Below are positions 26,131-37,419 of a DNA stretch of 64,000 nucleotides, piece after piece. The stretch is from Rhizophagus irregularis (lineage: Eukaryota). The notes beneath the pieces are model-generated. The model did not search any database, was not told the DNA's origin, and saw nothing but the letters and a program-made list of their open reading frames with translations. A program made the position numbers and the translations under genes. The DNA is taken from NCBI RefSeq assembly GCF_026210795.1, contig NC_089430.1, positions 310,001-374,000 of the forward strand. Direction: 5' to 3'. How positions within the stretch are numbered: the stretch's first letter is position 1; the number at the start of each line of letters is the position of its first letter.

Positions 26131-29100
26131 AGAAAAAAAAAACTCTTTCCCCTTTTTTTAGTTTTGTCAGTTTTCCGCAGTAATTTTGCGAAGTTTAGTT
26201 TTTTTTAGTTTCTATTTGAAACGCCAAAGGGTGAGAGGTCTAAACGGGCGCCTCTGTCTTATACGAGGTTTTTAGTTCTTCTTATATCCTATATTATAAA
26301 GGAATATGTCTTCTACACCTTCTATCGAAATAGACTGGTCTTCCACTTCACAACGTTCTTATGTTCAACTCGGTGACTTTACACCACCTGATAATAACTC
26401 AGCAGATATATTATATAATACTGAGCGACCAGCATTACTTTCTGCTAAGGATATTCTTTCTCTTGATATCGATGATATTTATCCTTATACGTATTCAACT
26501 CTTCATTTTGAAGACAACAAAACGGAATATATATATGACGACGAAGTCTACTTTCAACAGCTATTACAGGCTAATTTAAACGCTGAAATAGAAGTAATCA
26601 GCGTACTCAAAAATGACAAACCTTTTGTTGACGACACTCCTTTAACTCCCATACAGGAGATTAATCCTATGCCACCTTTGGATACTGCGCCTCTCTCAGA
26701 TAATTTACCCATAGTCGAGAACATTAATCCTATACCACCTTTGGATACTGTGCCTCTCTTAGAAAATTTACCCATAGTCGAGAATATTAATCCTATACCA
26801 CCTTTGGATACTGCGCCTCTTTCAGAAAATTTACCCATAGTCGAGAACATTAATCCTATACCACCTTTGGATACTGCGCCTCCCTCAGAAAAATTACCCA
26901 TCGTTGGGAAAAAAAATACTTTGCTGGTCTCCCTGAAAAAATTTCACGTGACTACGCCAAAACGATCTGGATATAACAAGATCTACGAAATTCGGCGCTC
27001 TAGGAGTTTCTTTTTTGAGCTTGCTGATCATAATCAAAACACCAATGAAATTCATTTGAAGATACACACAAATGATTATCATATGAAAACTAAACCGATT
27101 AGTTATAATAACACAAGTTCGTTCCCCAATGACAAATATCAAATCAGCTGCATACTTACGCATTTTTTCACCTCACAAAGAGTCATTCCACGTCGAATAC
27201 AAGACAAATATTTTAATTTCTTACGTAACAAATTATTGGATAGAATTAAAATAATAAGATCACGTGTTACTAGTACTTCTAATCGAAATTATTCTACAAA
27301 AACATTTTTTAATTTCACCTATAAGAAACGTCGTTTTCACTTTGGCATTTATATTCCTTGCCCCTATATTAATAATCGTGAACATTTTCATAATGACACA
27401 CCATGTAGTATCCCTACTCCTTTCGTCATGTCGCACAATAGACGCTCATGCGTTATGCATCAACATACCTTCTCACAATTACATTGTTTTAAAAATATTA
27501 AAAAGAAACATGAATCCAAATCGGATGATATTCCTACAGATTTCTTTAATGACAAATCATCTCATGCCAATTTATTATATTACAGATGGCTTAATGGTAA
27601 ATCAAAACGTATTACCTCTAGACGACTGGGTATTTTGTATAACAGCAATATTCATGCTAGAGATCCCTCTACAACTTTCAATAAAGGCAAAAGACACATG
27701 TATCGAAAATGTCTCGCCAAATTCGAACACAGTTGGTCTCCTAATTTACGTACACAAAAACAACAAGATATACGTTTCAAGCGCTCTTGCCGTCGTGTTT
27801 TTAATAAAATGCGTCTACCGCCTAATCATAAGGTCACTAACCAGGACTATTTAGCGACTGCACGCAGACATCATTTTCTATTCATGAAATCTCAAAAGAT
27901 TAAAGCTCCTATTCGACACTTATCATACAAACAATGTGATTCAATCCCGAACGCTAACGATTATTTGTTCTTGGTTCCTTACTTCGCTACGGATTTTAAC
28001 CACAAGCAACAAATCATGACGAAACTCACTCAAGCTTCATCATCTACTGGTCCTTCTGCACCACCAGAGAATTACAATCCAATTTCGGATGTATTCATAC
28101 CTAAAAAATATCATGATATTATACCAAAGGATCCGATTTTTGTGAACGATCGTTATGTGGTTCCTGGATCTAGAGAATGGTTCACTTATATGTATAACGT
28201 TGATGAATCTTATTATCCATCAGAGAGTAGTACCTCACGTTACAACGCTAAAGGGAAATATATAGCAAGAACTCCAATATACCGTTCAGGAGTAGTAGAA
28301 AATTACGTACCATCATATATAGTAGAAAAATCTCAATTACGAAGAATGGAAAAATTAAAAGAGGACGCTTTAACGAAAGAGGCAGCATACCATGGAACTA
28401 CCTTCAAGCATTATAATGCTCGTGTTAATACTATTAAATCCTTAACAGATGCATCATTTCATTTTCACGAACGCACACCTAGTTATTTGGCCAGAAGACT
28501 AGAAAATCACAATTCGGGTTTTAGTAATACCACGTTAGATAAAAATCATAACAAGGGTCTCAAGAAAAATAATCTCCGAACTCAAGGGGCTATCCGATTT
28601 CCTACGCATCATTATATTGATGTATCAGATGATACAGCAGAGGTCGAATATCGGCCCAACAAGCGTGATAATATTAATAACGAGAATCATTATTTCTCAT
28701 TTCAGGATCATAACATGAAAAGACTACGTCCTTCACCAGATATTACCAATGACTCCCTGGTACCAGGACCTTCAAGTTCTAAGACAGTTTAATTATTCAT
28801 TTATATATATTAGTACTCTTTTATTTGGAGTTTTTACATTTACCTAGTAGTTTAATCTACATTTTCGGTTCTTTTTTTCGTTATCATATGTATAACACAA
28901 CTTAAAATAGTGTGAATCATTCCACCTCTTACAGTATTCACAGGTGGCAACCGTGGTTGAAAGGAAAATACGGATCTTAATTTTTATATTTTGATTGCAC
29001 ATACTGTAGATAAAGTTAGACTATATTAGCCGCCCTTTAACTTTCTTTTTTTTAGATAGCCGCTAGTCTCTCGGATGGTTTTTTTATGGTTCCCATTTGA

Positions 29101-29280
29101 TTTTTTAGCGTAGTCCTACTTTATCAAAGAGTACAGATCGAAGAGTGGGGTCCCGTAGGGGATGACGAACAAAGGTCTATACACATATATTAGTTCTAAG
29201 CATTTTTGAATTCTTTTTTTCTTCTATTTGTAATAGCCTGGGTTTTAACACTCTTTTAGTAATAAAATAAATAAAAATAA
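26131..29280 (+). mobile_element. Retroposed insertion carrying a single long ORF
   Basis: Exact 14-bp TSD ATAGCCAACCATAC (26117-26130 and 29281-29294); 3' A-rich tail AATAAAATAAATAAAAATAA; no introns; higher GC than the flanks. Confidence 0.85.
26306..28792 (+). CDS. Hypothetical 828-aa protein: acidic N-terminus, 4 x 21-aa Pro-rich repeat, basic His/Cys-containing core
   Basis: Uninterrupted 2.5-kb ORF in AT-rich DNA. Repeat INP(I/M)PPLDT(A/V)PLSENLPIVEN. No recognisable reverse transcriptase, endonuclease or transposase motifs. Confidence 0.8.
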   Translation: MSSTPSIEIDWSSTSQRSYVQLGDFTPPDNNSADILYNTERPALLSAKDILSLDIDDIYPYTYSTLHFEDNKTEYIYDDEVYFQQLLQANLNAEIEVISVLKNDKPFVDDTPLTPIQEINPMPPLDTAPLSDNLPIVENINPIPPLDTVPLLENLPIVENINPIPPLDTAPLSENLPIVENINPIPPLDTAPPSEKLPIVGKKNTLLVSLKKFHVTTPKRSGYNKIYEIRRSRSFFFELADHNQNTNEIHLKIHTNDYHMKTKPISYNNTSSFPNDKYQISCILTHFFTSQRVIPRRIQDKYFNFLRNKLLDRIKIIRSRVTSTSNRNYSTKTFFNFTYKKRRFHFGIYIPCPYINNREHFHNDTPCSIPTPFVMSHNRRSCVMHQHTFSQLHCFKNIKKKHESKSDDIPTDFFNDKSSHANLLYYRWLNGKSKRITSRRLGILYNSNIHARDPSTTFNKGKRHMYRKCLAKFEHSWSPNLRTQKQQDIRFKRSCRRVFNKMRLPPNHKVTNQDYLATARRHHFLFMKSQKIKAPIRHLSYKQCDSIPNANDYLFLVPYFATDFNHKQQIMTKLTQASSSTGPSAPPENYNPISDVFIPKKYHDIIPKDPIFVNDRYVVPGSREWFTYMYNVDESYYPSESSTSRYNAKGKYIARTPIYRSGVVENYVPSYIVEKSQLRRMEKLKEDALTKEAAYHGTTFKHYNARVNTIKSLTDASFHFHERTPSYLARRLENHNSGFSNTTLDKNHNKGLKKNNLRTQGAIRFPTHHYIDVSDDTAEVEYRPNKRDNINNENHYFSFQDHNMKRLRPSPDITNDSLVPGPSSSKTV

Positions 29281-29657
29281 ATAGCCAACCATACACTATA
29301 TGTTTACTATGTTCTCTATGCAAAATGCAGATACCAATTTTCAGGTTTTAGTTCCAGATATATCTAATTAGGCAATAGGAACCGTTATAGCGTCCAAAAT
29401 GTTGATGGTATCACTAAATTATAAAAATACAATCTTTCTTGTCGATCATTAGTAAAATTAAATCTAATATTTACTTGTCTTTTTTTTCACTTTCACATTT
29501 CTTTTGAGAGTATAAAGCGCCAGTACAATAGCGTTCTTTGCAAATTTTGTTATGAAATAAGAAGATGGGCATGTGAAAAAGTCTGAGTAATTTTCGACCT
29601 TTAAAGACGGCTGAGAGTGGCAGTGTGGCGCAAGAAATAAGATGCCACTATATAGAT

Positions 29658-29789
29658 GCATTTAAACAATTTGCATACACTTTATCACGTACATATATAA
29701 ATAAATGTTGATCCTATTCTATATGCACAAACACGTGATCGCTTTACAATTGTGTTGCGTTTGAAAGTGTACGCAAATTGTTTAAACGC
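29658..29789. mobile_element. Small MITE-like inverted repeat
   Basis: Arms GCATTTAAACAATTTGCATACACTTT / AAAGTGTACGCAAATTGTTTAAACGC. Confidence 0.6.
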
Positions 29790-29864
29790 TACAGTATATA
29801 GATACGTTTAATAGATACGTTTATAGTGACACATATAACACCCAATGGGTAGGTGTGACAAATA

Positions 29865-30278
29865 GAAATCAGACACTCAAAAAAACGTCACGATATGTGG
29901 CAGTCACCATAGTGTAGTAAGATTTTTCCACTACACCTACCTTCCTACCTTGCAGACCCTGAAAGATCAAGGGAAAAGAGTTTTTGTTGTAAGTTGTTGT
30001 AACTACAAGACTTTTCCAGAAGGACGGGCTATATTATTTATAGTTTTTAGTTTCTGTATTTTTTTTTTTTTATAGTTATCAGATTTTTTTTTGTTTTTAT
30101 CAATACAAGCATACAGGCTTGGAGTTTTATGTTAACAAAAATTCAGTGGTTAAATAGGATACATCATGTGGTGCAATGTTTTATTGTAAGATGTATGTTT
30201 TAGAGCGTAGTCCTCGATGATTTGAAAAGAAATGAGATTTTATTTATTTTTTTTGAAACTTTTTTTTAAAAAAAAAAC
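29865..30278 (+). mobile_element. SINE-like or LINE 3'-UTR-like fragment
   Basis: Short hairpins (GTGTAG/CTACAC, CCCTG/AAGGG), the AGCGTAGTCCT motif shared with the retroposon 3' UTR, and a terminal A run. Confidence 0.35.
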
Positions 30279-30830
30279 TATAATTGTCTGCCCTATAAAA
30301 AATATATATACGGTTAGTATACTGTATTTTCGTATTTTGCGAACAGTATATTTATAGTATTATTACCGTATAATTACAGTATTTTCACATACTGTATATA
30401 TTCGGTATTCTGCACACCGTATCATATATACGGTTTGCATACAGTATATTTTTCCAGTTTCACCCGTATGTTTTATACTTGTAAACAGTAGAAAAACCGT
30501 ATGTTTTATACCAATAAACAGTATATTGTTTTATATTTTATATTGCGAACAGTATACTTTTCCAGGATAAACCGTATATTTTATACTGATAAACAGTACT
30601 TTTTTCCAGTTTAAACTGCATATTTTGTACTGATAAATAGTATATATTATTCAATTAAATCGTATATTTTATATTTGCGAACAGAATTTAAAATGCATTT
30701 ATAATCAATAAAATTTTTATTAAATAATATTAAATATACAAATATTTTTTTATAAATAATATAAATAAAAAACTAGTATAAAATAATATACTATTTGTAA
30801 AAAAAATAATATTAGCAAAATATAAACAAA

Positions 30831-31050
30831 AAAAAAAGAAATTTAATTAGTAATATTATCATTATTTTAAATATAAAAAAGGAATAATAAAAGGTTCGTA
30901 AAAAAAAAGAAATTTAATTAGTAATATTATCATTATTTTAAATATAAAAAAGGAATAATAAAAGGTTAGTAAAAAAAAGAAATTTAATTAGTAATATTAT
31001 CATTATTTTAAATATAAAAAAGAAATAATAAAAAGTTAGTAATATTATTA
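30831..31050. repeat. ~69-bp tandem repeat x3
   Basis: Unit AAAGAAATTTAATTAGTAATATTATCATTATTTTAAATATAAAAAAGGAATAATAAAAGGTT. Confidence 0.8.
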
Positions 31051-33001
31051 ATATATTAGTTAGATATAAAAATGTAATAAAACGATAGTAGTAATGTTAG
31101 TAATATATTAAAAAAATTAAATAAAATACATAAAAGTAAAAAAAAAATATAATTAATATATGTTAACATATAATATTATTAATATAAAAATAAAAACATA
31201 AAACGGTGTACATATAGTTGTTTAGTTAAAATTCACCATTACAATTCCAGAGAGATATTAGTGAAAGTAATTGTTAATTGATATACGTGCATATCACTTT
31301 TTGTATAACTAGTAGTTTGGTACAAATATATATATTATATATTATCAAAATAAGTTTTTTATTTAATTTTTATTATTATATGTTAAAATAATTTTGGTAT
31401 TCATTTTTATTGTCTTTTTTTTTCTAAAAAAAAAAGAAGAGAAAAGAATATTTTTGAAAAAATAAACAAAAAATAAACAATAACGTGTTATTAATGCATG
31501 TGATCGGTGATCAGCTGAATTTTAATTGGTTAAATGTAGAAATGCGAAAATTAAAAAGCAGAAGTATTTTTTTTAAAATTTAAATTATACAGATTGTTTT
31601 TAAAGTTTAATTAGTAATTTAAAAGTTCTTTTTTTAATAAGAAAATTTGTAAAAATTTTTCTTAATACTACTTAATTTTTAAATTAAAGCCTTAATACTA
31701 AATTAGCTAAATTAGAATTAAGAAAAATTTGTGAGAATTTTCTTTGATACTGCTTAATTTTTAAATTAAAGCTTTAATATTAAATTAGTTAAATTAGAAT
31801 TAAGCAGTATTAAGAAAAATTCGCAAGAATTTTCCTTGATACTGCTTAATTTTTAAATTAAAGCCTTAATACTACTAAATTAGTTAAATTAGAATTAACA
31901 TATGGACTGATTTATGGAATTAAGTTTTTATATTCAAAAAACTAACTTTATTAAGAAAATGCTAATACAATTTACATGAAAATGATAGATTCACACCGCT
32001 GATATAAATAAAATTGATTTGATTATATTATTTTTTGATTTTTTTAATAATATCATTAAAATTAAAAAATTTAAATATAATTGTCATGACAAAATATTGA
32101 ATAACTTAACGTATATGTGTGCTAGACGAATGAATTTATATTCATTAGAAAGAGGTAATCAAGAGCTATCCATAAACCAAATATCATATGAATTGGATCA
32201 CATGTTGCTGAATAATTACGTTCAATATATTTATTTTTAACCTTTGACTTTGATCGTTAATATCTTCACATCTAGTAATTCGATTTGAATAATCTTTCTT
32301 CGTTCAGGTAGAGTAGATTCTGGGCTTTCATATGAATATAAATATATGTGTTTAGCATACATGTACGCCGAGATATTAACGATTTTGTTAATTGAATAAA
32401 ACTCTGACACAAAAATTTTTAAAATTATAATTCTTACCAAAAGATGATCTTTACAGGTATTATTGGGCTCTTTTTACTTTACTTAACAAGTTTTTATTTG
32501 CCATTTCTGTTTTAAATTGAATAAATTAATAAAATCAATTTTAAAAAGTAATTAACAAGTAGAATAAAATTAGTATAGTAAAAAACAAAAAAAAAACATC
32601 TCAAAAACTCTAAATCATAACTTACATTTTTATTTTGTATATATTTTTACTAAAAAAAAGAAGGAAATAAGGTTAAAAATAAATGAAAAAAGATTTTTCT
32701 TATTAATAAAAATTATTAATATTTGTTTTCTTACTTACTGATTAAAAAAAACCTGCTGTATATGCCTATAAACTTTTCTAAGTCACCTAACAAAAATCTG
32801 ATTGAAAAGTGATTGAAAAGTGATTGAAAAAGAAAGTAGTTGCCATTGTTATTTTTGAATAAACGTTAAAAATTTTTTTTTATTTTTTGATAGATTTAGA
32901 TCATCTGATTATGTAACACATACAATTTAAGCTTGTGAAACATAATTCTTGTTAAAATATGCAAATCTTTATGTTTGGCTAATTTCACGAATTGGCAGAT
33001 A

Positions 33002-33530
33002 TAAGCAGTATTAAGAAAAATTCGCAAGAATTTTCCTTGATACTGCTTAATTTTAAAATTAAAGCCTTAATACTAAATTAGTTAAATTAGAATTAAGCAC
33101 AATAAGCAGTATTAAGAAAAATTCGCAAGAATTTTCCTTGATACTGCTTAATTTTTAAATTAAAGCCTTAATACTAAATTAGTTAAATTAGAATTAAGCA
33201 GTATTAAGAAAAATTCGCAAGAATTTTCCTTGATACTGCTTAATTTTTAAATTAAAGCCTTAATACTAAATTAGTTAAATTAGAATTAAGCAGTATTAAG
33301 AAAAATTCGCAAGAATTTTCCTTGATACTGCTTAATTTTTAAATTAAAACCTTAATACTAAATTAGTTAAATTAGAATTAAGCAGTATTAAGAAAAATTC
33401 GCAAGAATTTTCCTTGATACTGCTTAATTTTTAAATTAAAACCTTAATACTAAATTAGTTAAATTAGAATTAAGTAGTATTAAGAAAAATTCATGAGAAT
33501 TTTCCTTAATACTGCTTAATTTTTAAATTA
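33002..33530. repeat. 92-bp tandem repeat (~6 copies, plus ~3 diverged copies at 31640-31900)
   Basis: TAAGCAGTATTAAGAAAAATTCGCAAGAATTTTCCTTGATACTGCTTAA (an internal hairpin) at 33195, 33287 and 33379. Confidence 0.9.
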
Positions 33531-33732
33531 TAATTTATAAAAATGATTTATAATTGAGTTTTGAATTTAGTATTATCAATCGGACTTTGAACTTAAAAAT
33601 TAAACAGTATTAACAAAAATTCTTGTGAATTTTTTAATAATTGTGATTTTACATCAGTGAGTTTTTGGGTAGTACATATTAGCAGATACTAGTATTGTTT
33701 GATGCTTTAAAGTGTAGAAAAACTTACTCTAT

Positions 33733-35675
33733 CACACGTCAAATAAATAAAAATTGGCTGATTTTAGCTATATTTGTCCGATTTGTGACTTTTTACAGCC
33801 ATATTACCAATTCTTAACCATATTTTTCAGTTTTTTCACTATACAAAAAAATTGTATATACATTATGAAATATATATTTTTATAAAAAATTATATTGTAA
33901 TATTGAATTAAAATTTAAAAAATATTTTATTAAGCAATATTAAATAAAAAACTAATCTTAAATAATTAAATTTTAAACAAAATACATTAAGAATATAAAT
34001 TTACTTGTAATTTAATGTAATACGCACAATTATAAAAAATTAATAACTCCACAAATATTAACTGTGCCTTCATTAAAATAAATATTCAAGTAGATTCTAA
34101 GCTGCTGAACAATTTTTAATTAATAAAAGAAGTCGATTTACTTTGGCTAAAGTGCTTAAAATACGCTCTGAAGTAACAAAATGGAAAAAATAAAATTCGT
34201 AAATGAGTACCGTTGTGAAAATCGTGAATAACTCATCAAGTATTAACTGTACCTTCGTAAAAATTAATATCCAAGTAGTTTTTTGACCTGCTGAACAACT
34301 TTCAATTAATAAAAGAAGTCGATTTACTTTGACTAAAGTGCTCAAAATACGCTCTGAAGTGACAAAACGGAAAAAAATAAAATTCGTAAATGAGTACTGT
34401 TGTGAAAATCGTGAATAACTCATCAAGTATTAACTGTACCTTCGTGAAAATTAATATTCAAGTAGATTTTGACATGCTAAACAACTTTCAATTAATATAA
34501 GAAGTTGGTTTACTTTAGATAAAGTGCTCAAAATACGCTCTGAAGTAACAAAATGGAAAAAATAAAATTCGTAAATGAGTACCGTTGTGAAAATCGTGAA
34601 TAACTCATCAAGTATTAACTGTACCTTCGTAAAAATTAATATCCAAGTAGTTTTTGACCTGCTAAACAACTTTCAATTAATAAAAGAAGTCGATTTACTT
34701 TGACTAAAGTGCTCAAAATACGCTCTGAAGTGACAAAACGGAAAAAAATAAAATTCGTAAATGAGTACCATTGTGAAAATCGTGAATAACTCATCAAGTA
34801 TTAACTGTACCTTCGTGAAAATTAATATTCAAGTAGATTTTGACATGCTAAACAACTTTCAATTAATATAAGAAGTTGGTTTACTTTGGATAAAGTGCTC
34901 AAAATACGCTCTGAAGTGACAAAATAAAAAAATAAAAGTCGTGAATGAGTACTGTTGTGAAAATTGTAAATAACTCATCAAGTATTAACTTTACCTTCGT
35001 GAAAATTAATATCCAAGTAGATTTTAACCTGCCGAACAACTTACAATTAATATAAGAAGTTGATTTACTTTGGCTAAAGATCTCAAAATACGCTCTGAAG
35101 GTAAAAAAATTTGTAACTTAATACTACTGTATAATATAAAAAATGTAAATAATTCCAAAAATATTAACTGTACTTTTATGATCTTAACAGTTTTAAACTT
35201 ACTAAACTACTTTTAATTAAAAGAATAAGATTTACTTCAGCCAAAATGCTCAAACCATACTTTGAAATATATGTAAAAAAAATATAATATTTGTTTATAT
35301 TTTAAATTATGAGTTATTTAATTTAAATGTATTTATATTTAAGAAAAAAAATATTTTAATTCTATTTTATAAAGTATTTAAAAAGTATTTTAGTAAAGTT
35401 TTTAAGGAAAAAAAATAATTATAACTGAAATAAAAAAAAAATCTAAGTTAATAAATAAATATTAAACTGTAATACATAATCACATGTTATATATTAAAAT
35501 CGAAAAATCCTATTACAAATAACCAAAAATCGGCAATTTCATGTTAAAAATCAGAAATATTATATTAAAATCAAAAATGTTTATTAAAATCGGAAATATT
35601 ATATTAAAATTGCCAAAAAATCAGACAGCCATATTAAAAAGGGCAAAAATCTGATTTTTATTTATTTGACCTGTG
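33733..35675. mobile_element. Non-autonomous CMC/CACTA-superfamily-like element with an internal ~186-bp tandem array
   Basis: 22-bp TIR CACA(C/G)GTCAAATAAATAAAAAT; 3-bp TSD TAT on both sides; repeat units at 34152, 34338, 34524, 34709, 34895 and 35079. Confidence 0.8.
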
Positions 35676-35989
35676 TATATCTGTAGAAAATACGTTATAA
35701 ACGTATGAATTTTAATATACTGTAGAATAATATGTATACCGTATCCTTTATTTACAATATTTTTGTGAACCGTATACAAAATACTGATATACAGTAGAAA
35801 TGATATACGTTATAGACGTATGAATTTAATATACCGTATCACACAGTATGTTTACCGTATACTTTATTGTATTTTTTACTAAAAGTTAACTTCATAGTTC
35901 GAAAATCTTGGAACCAGATTAATAGATCTGCCACGCCACAAAGAAAACTAGTTAATATTTATATCAAAATGGTTTTTTTAATGCTAAAG

Positions 35990-36720
35990 ACGGAGGCTAA
36001 CTCCAATGAGCTAATAGATTATTATAGGATAAAATTATCGACCACTATTATTCTCATGATCTTTTTCGTCCTAAGATTAATTGTGTGGAAAAACCAATTA
36101 AGGTTTGCAAAAGAGATTGCAAGTGTGATTTTATACTTACCATGATTACACTTACAAGATCCCGTGCACTATTTTCTTTACATCATGTGTTTAATAAATT
36201 GCCTAATAAACTAGTTCACTACATTGTATAATTAACATGTTCTTTTTTTTAGCATTCCAATAATACAATTAAATTAGCAGATTCTGGCCAATCATTTGAA
36301 AAAGGAAAGGGTTGTGATAATACTGAAGTATGGAGTGATACCTTACGTGAATCCTAAAATGCTTTATTAAACAATTCCATGTAAACTAAATGAAAAATCT
36401 GATATATAGTTTGGAGTTTTATTCTGGGAACTGGCCATCTCATTATTTATTAATGATCTTGAAATAACCACATTGCATTTGGAGAGCCAGTGCCAAACAC
36501 GAATGGTAAATTTTGCTGAACTATATCAAAGTGAGTGTAAGATTAACTTTAGAACAATGTCACCTTTTGTACTAGTACAAGTTTTATTTTGTTTGTCGCA
36601 ATCTAATTTTTTATCTATTTGAATAGAATGTTTGAAACAAGAACCAGATGAATTACCAAATATTTCCGAAATAAATGAAACACTTGGTAGTGTTGACAAT
36701 GATGAGTCTACCATTTCAAT
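35990..36720 (+). pseudogene. Degenerate protein kinase
   Basis: Fragments QLRFAKEIAS, IKLADSG, GVIPYVNPK, KSDIY, GVLFWEL and CLKQEPDELP across frameshifts. Confidence 0.7.
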
Positions 36721-37419
36721 TATGTTGTTTGTATACTAATTTCACAATATTCAATGACCATTTTTTAATGTAAACTTAGTTTACATCTTAGAATATGGTC
36801 ATTTGAAGTACAAAAATGTATAGTTTGCATATCAATAGTAACTCTTCATGAATGTGTTGTTATTCAAAAGTTTTTTAATGAACAAGCCTATAAACTCAAC
36901 TACTGAGAATTGAATGTAAACATCACAATTCACAAATGTTCGCTGATGATGGAATAATCCATTTTACATTAATTTCACGTAATAAGATATTTCTACTATG
37001 TCTACTGCAAAATGTGTTTCTCAAGTACTGTGACAATTATATCATTTTCAATTCTAAGTCCTGTTAGCTAACGTAAAGAGAGAGTTGATTGGTTTATGAT
37101 TAACAATGCTCAGCAATAATTTTATAGTGCATTTATATTTTGGTCAGCATATGAATAATTACCTTCGACATATAAAGGTAAAAATTAAAAAATTTTTCGA
37201 GGAAAATTTTTTTCAGCTTGATGCTGTACTGTACATAGTTCATTATTTACCATTCTTGCCATTCTTGTCTATTTATTACACAATACAGTAGCTAATAATC
37301 GGCTGTTACGGAATTAAAAAGAAAAAAGTTATTAAATCATGTAGTTCTTGCCCAGATCTGCATTGGAAAAACAAATAATTTTTTGGATTTGATAATAGTC
37401 ACATGCAATGTAACAATAA

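Larger units (their letters stand above)
24661..29327. mobile_element. Small outer MITE (~240 bp once nested insertions are removed) with both TIRs interrupted
   Basis: The reconstructed left arm CATGTAGTGTATGGATACCTATGTATGTAGGGTATG is the near-reverse complement of the reconstructed right arm CATACCCTACATACATAGCCAACCATACACTATATG. Outer ends are approximate. Confidence 0.65.
30306..35862. mobile_element. Composite non-autonomous DNA transposon region with ACCGTAT/ACAGTAT subterminal repeats
   Basis: Inverted ends TATACGGTTAGTATACTGT / ACAGTATGTTTACCGTATA, with dense AC(C/A)GTAT repeats at 30310-30690 and 35680-35860. Confidence 0.5.

Noticed and set aside
26529..26543. YIYDD as a reverse transcriptase YxDD motif in the 828-aa ORF
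   Set aside because: The spacing is wrong, it lies in the acidic N-terminus, and no other RT motifs are present.
26361..27854. Alternative-frame and antisense ORFs overlapping the 828-aa ORF
   Set aside because: Shadow ORFs with no motifs.
29130..29185. Hammerhead ribozyme in the retroposon 3' UTR
   Set aside because: TCGAAGAG...CGAAC only resembles the CUGANGA/GAAA core; both conserved boxes are broken and stem III/NUH cannot be placed.
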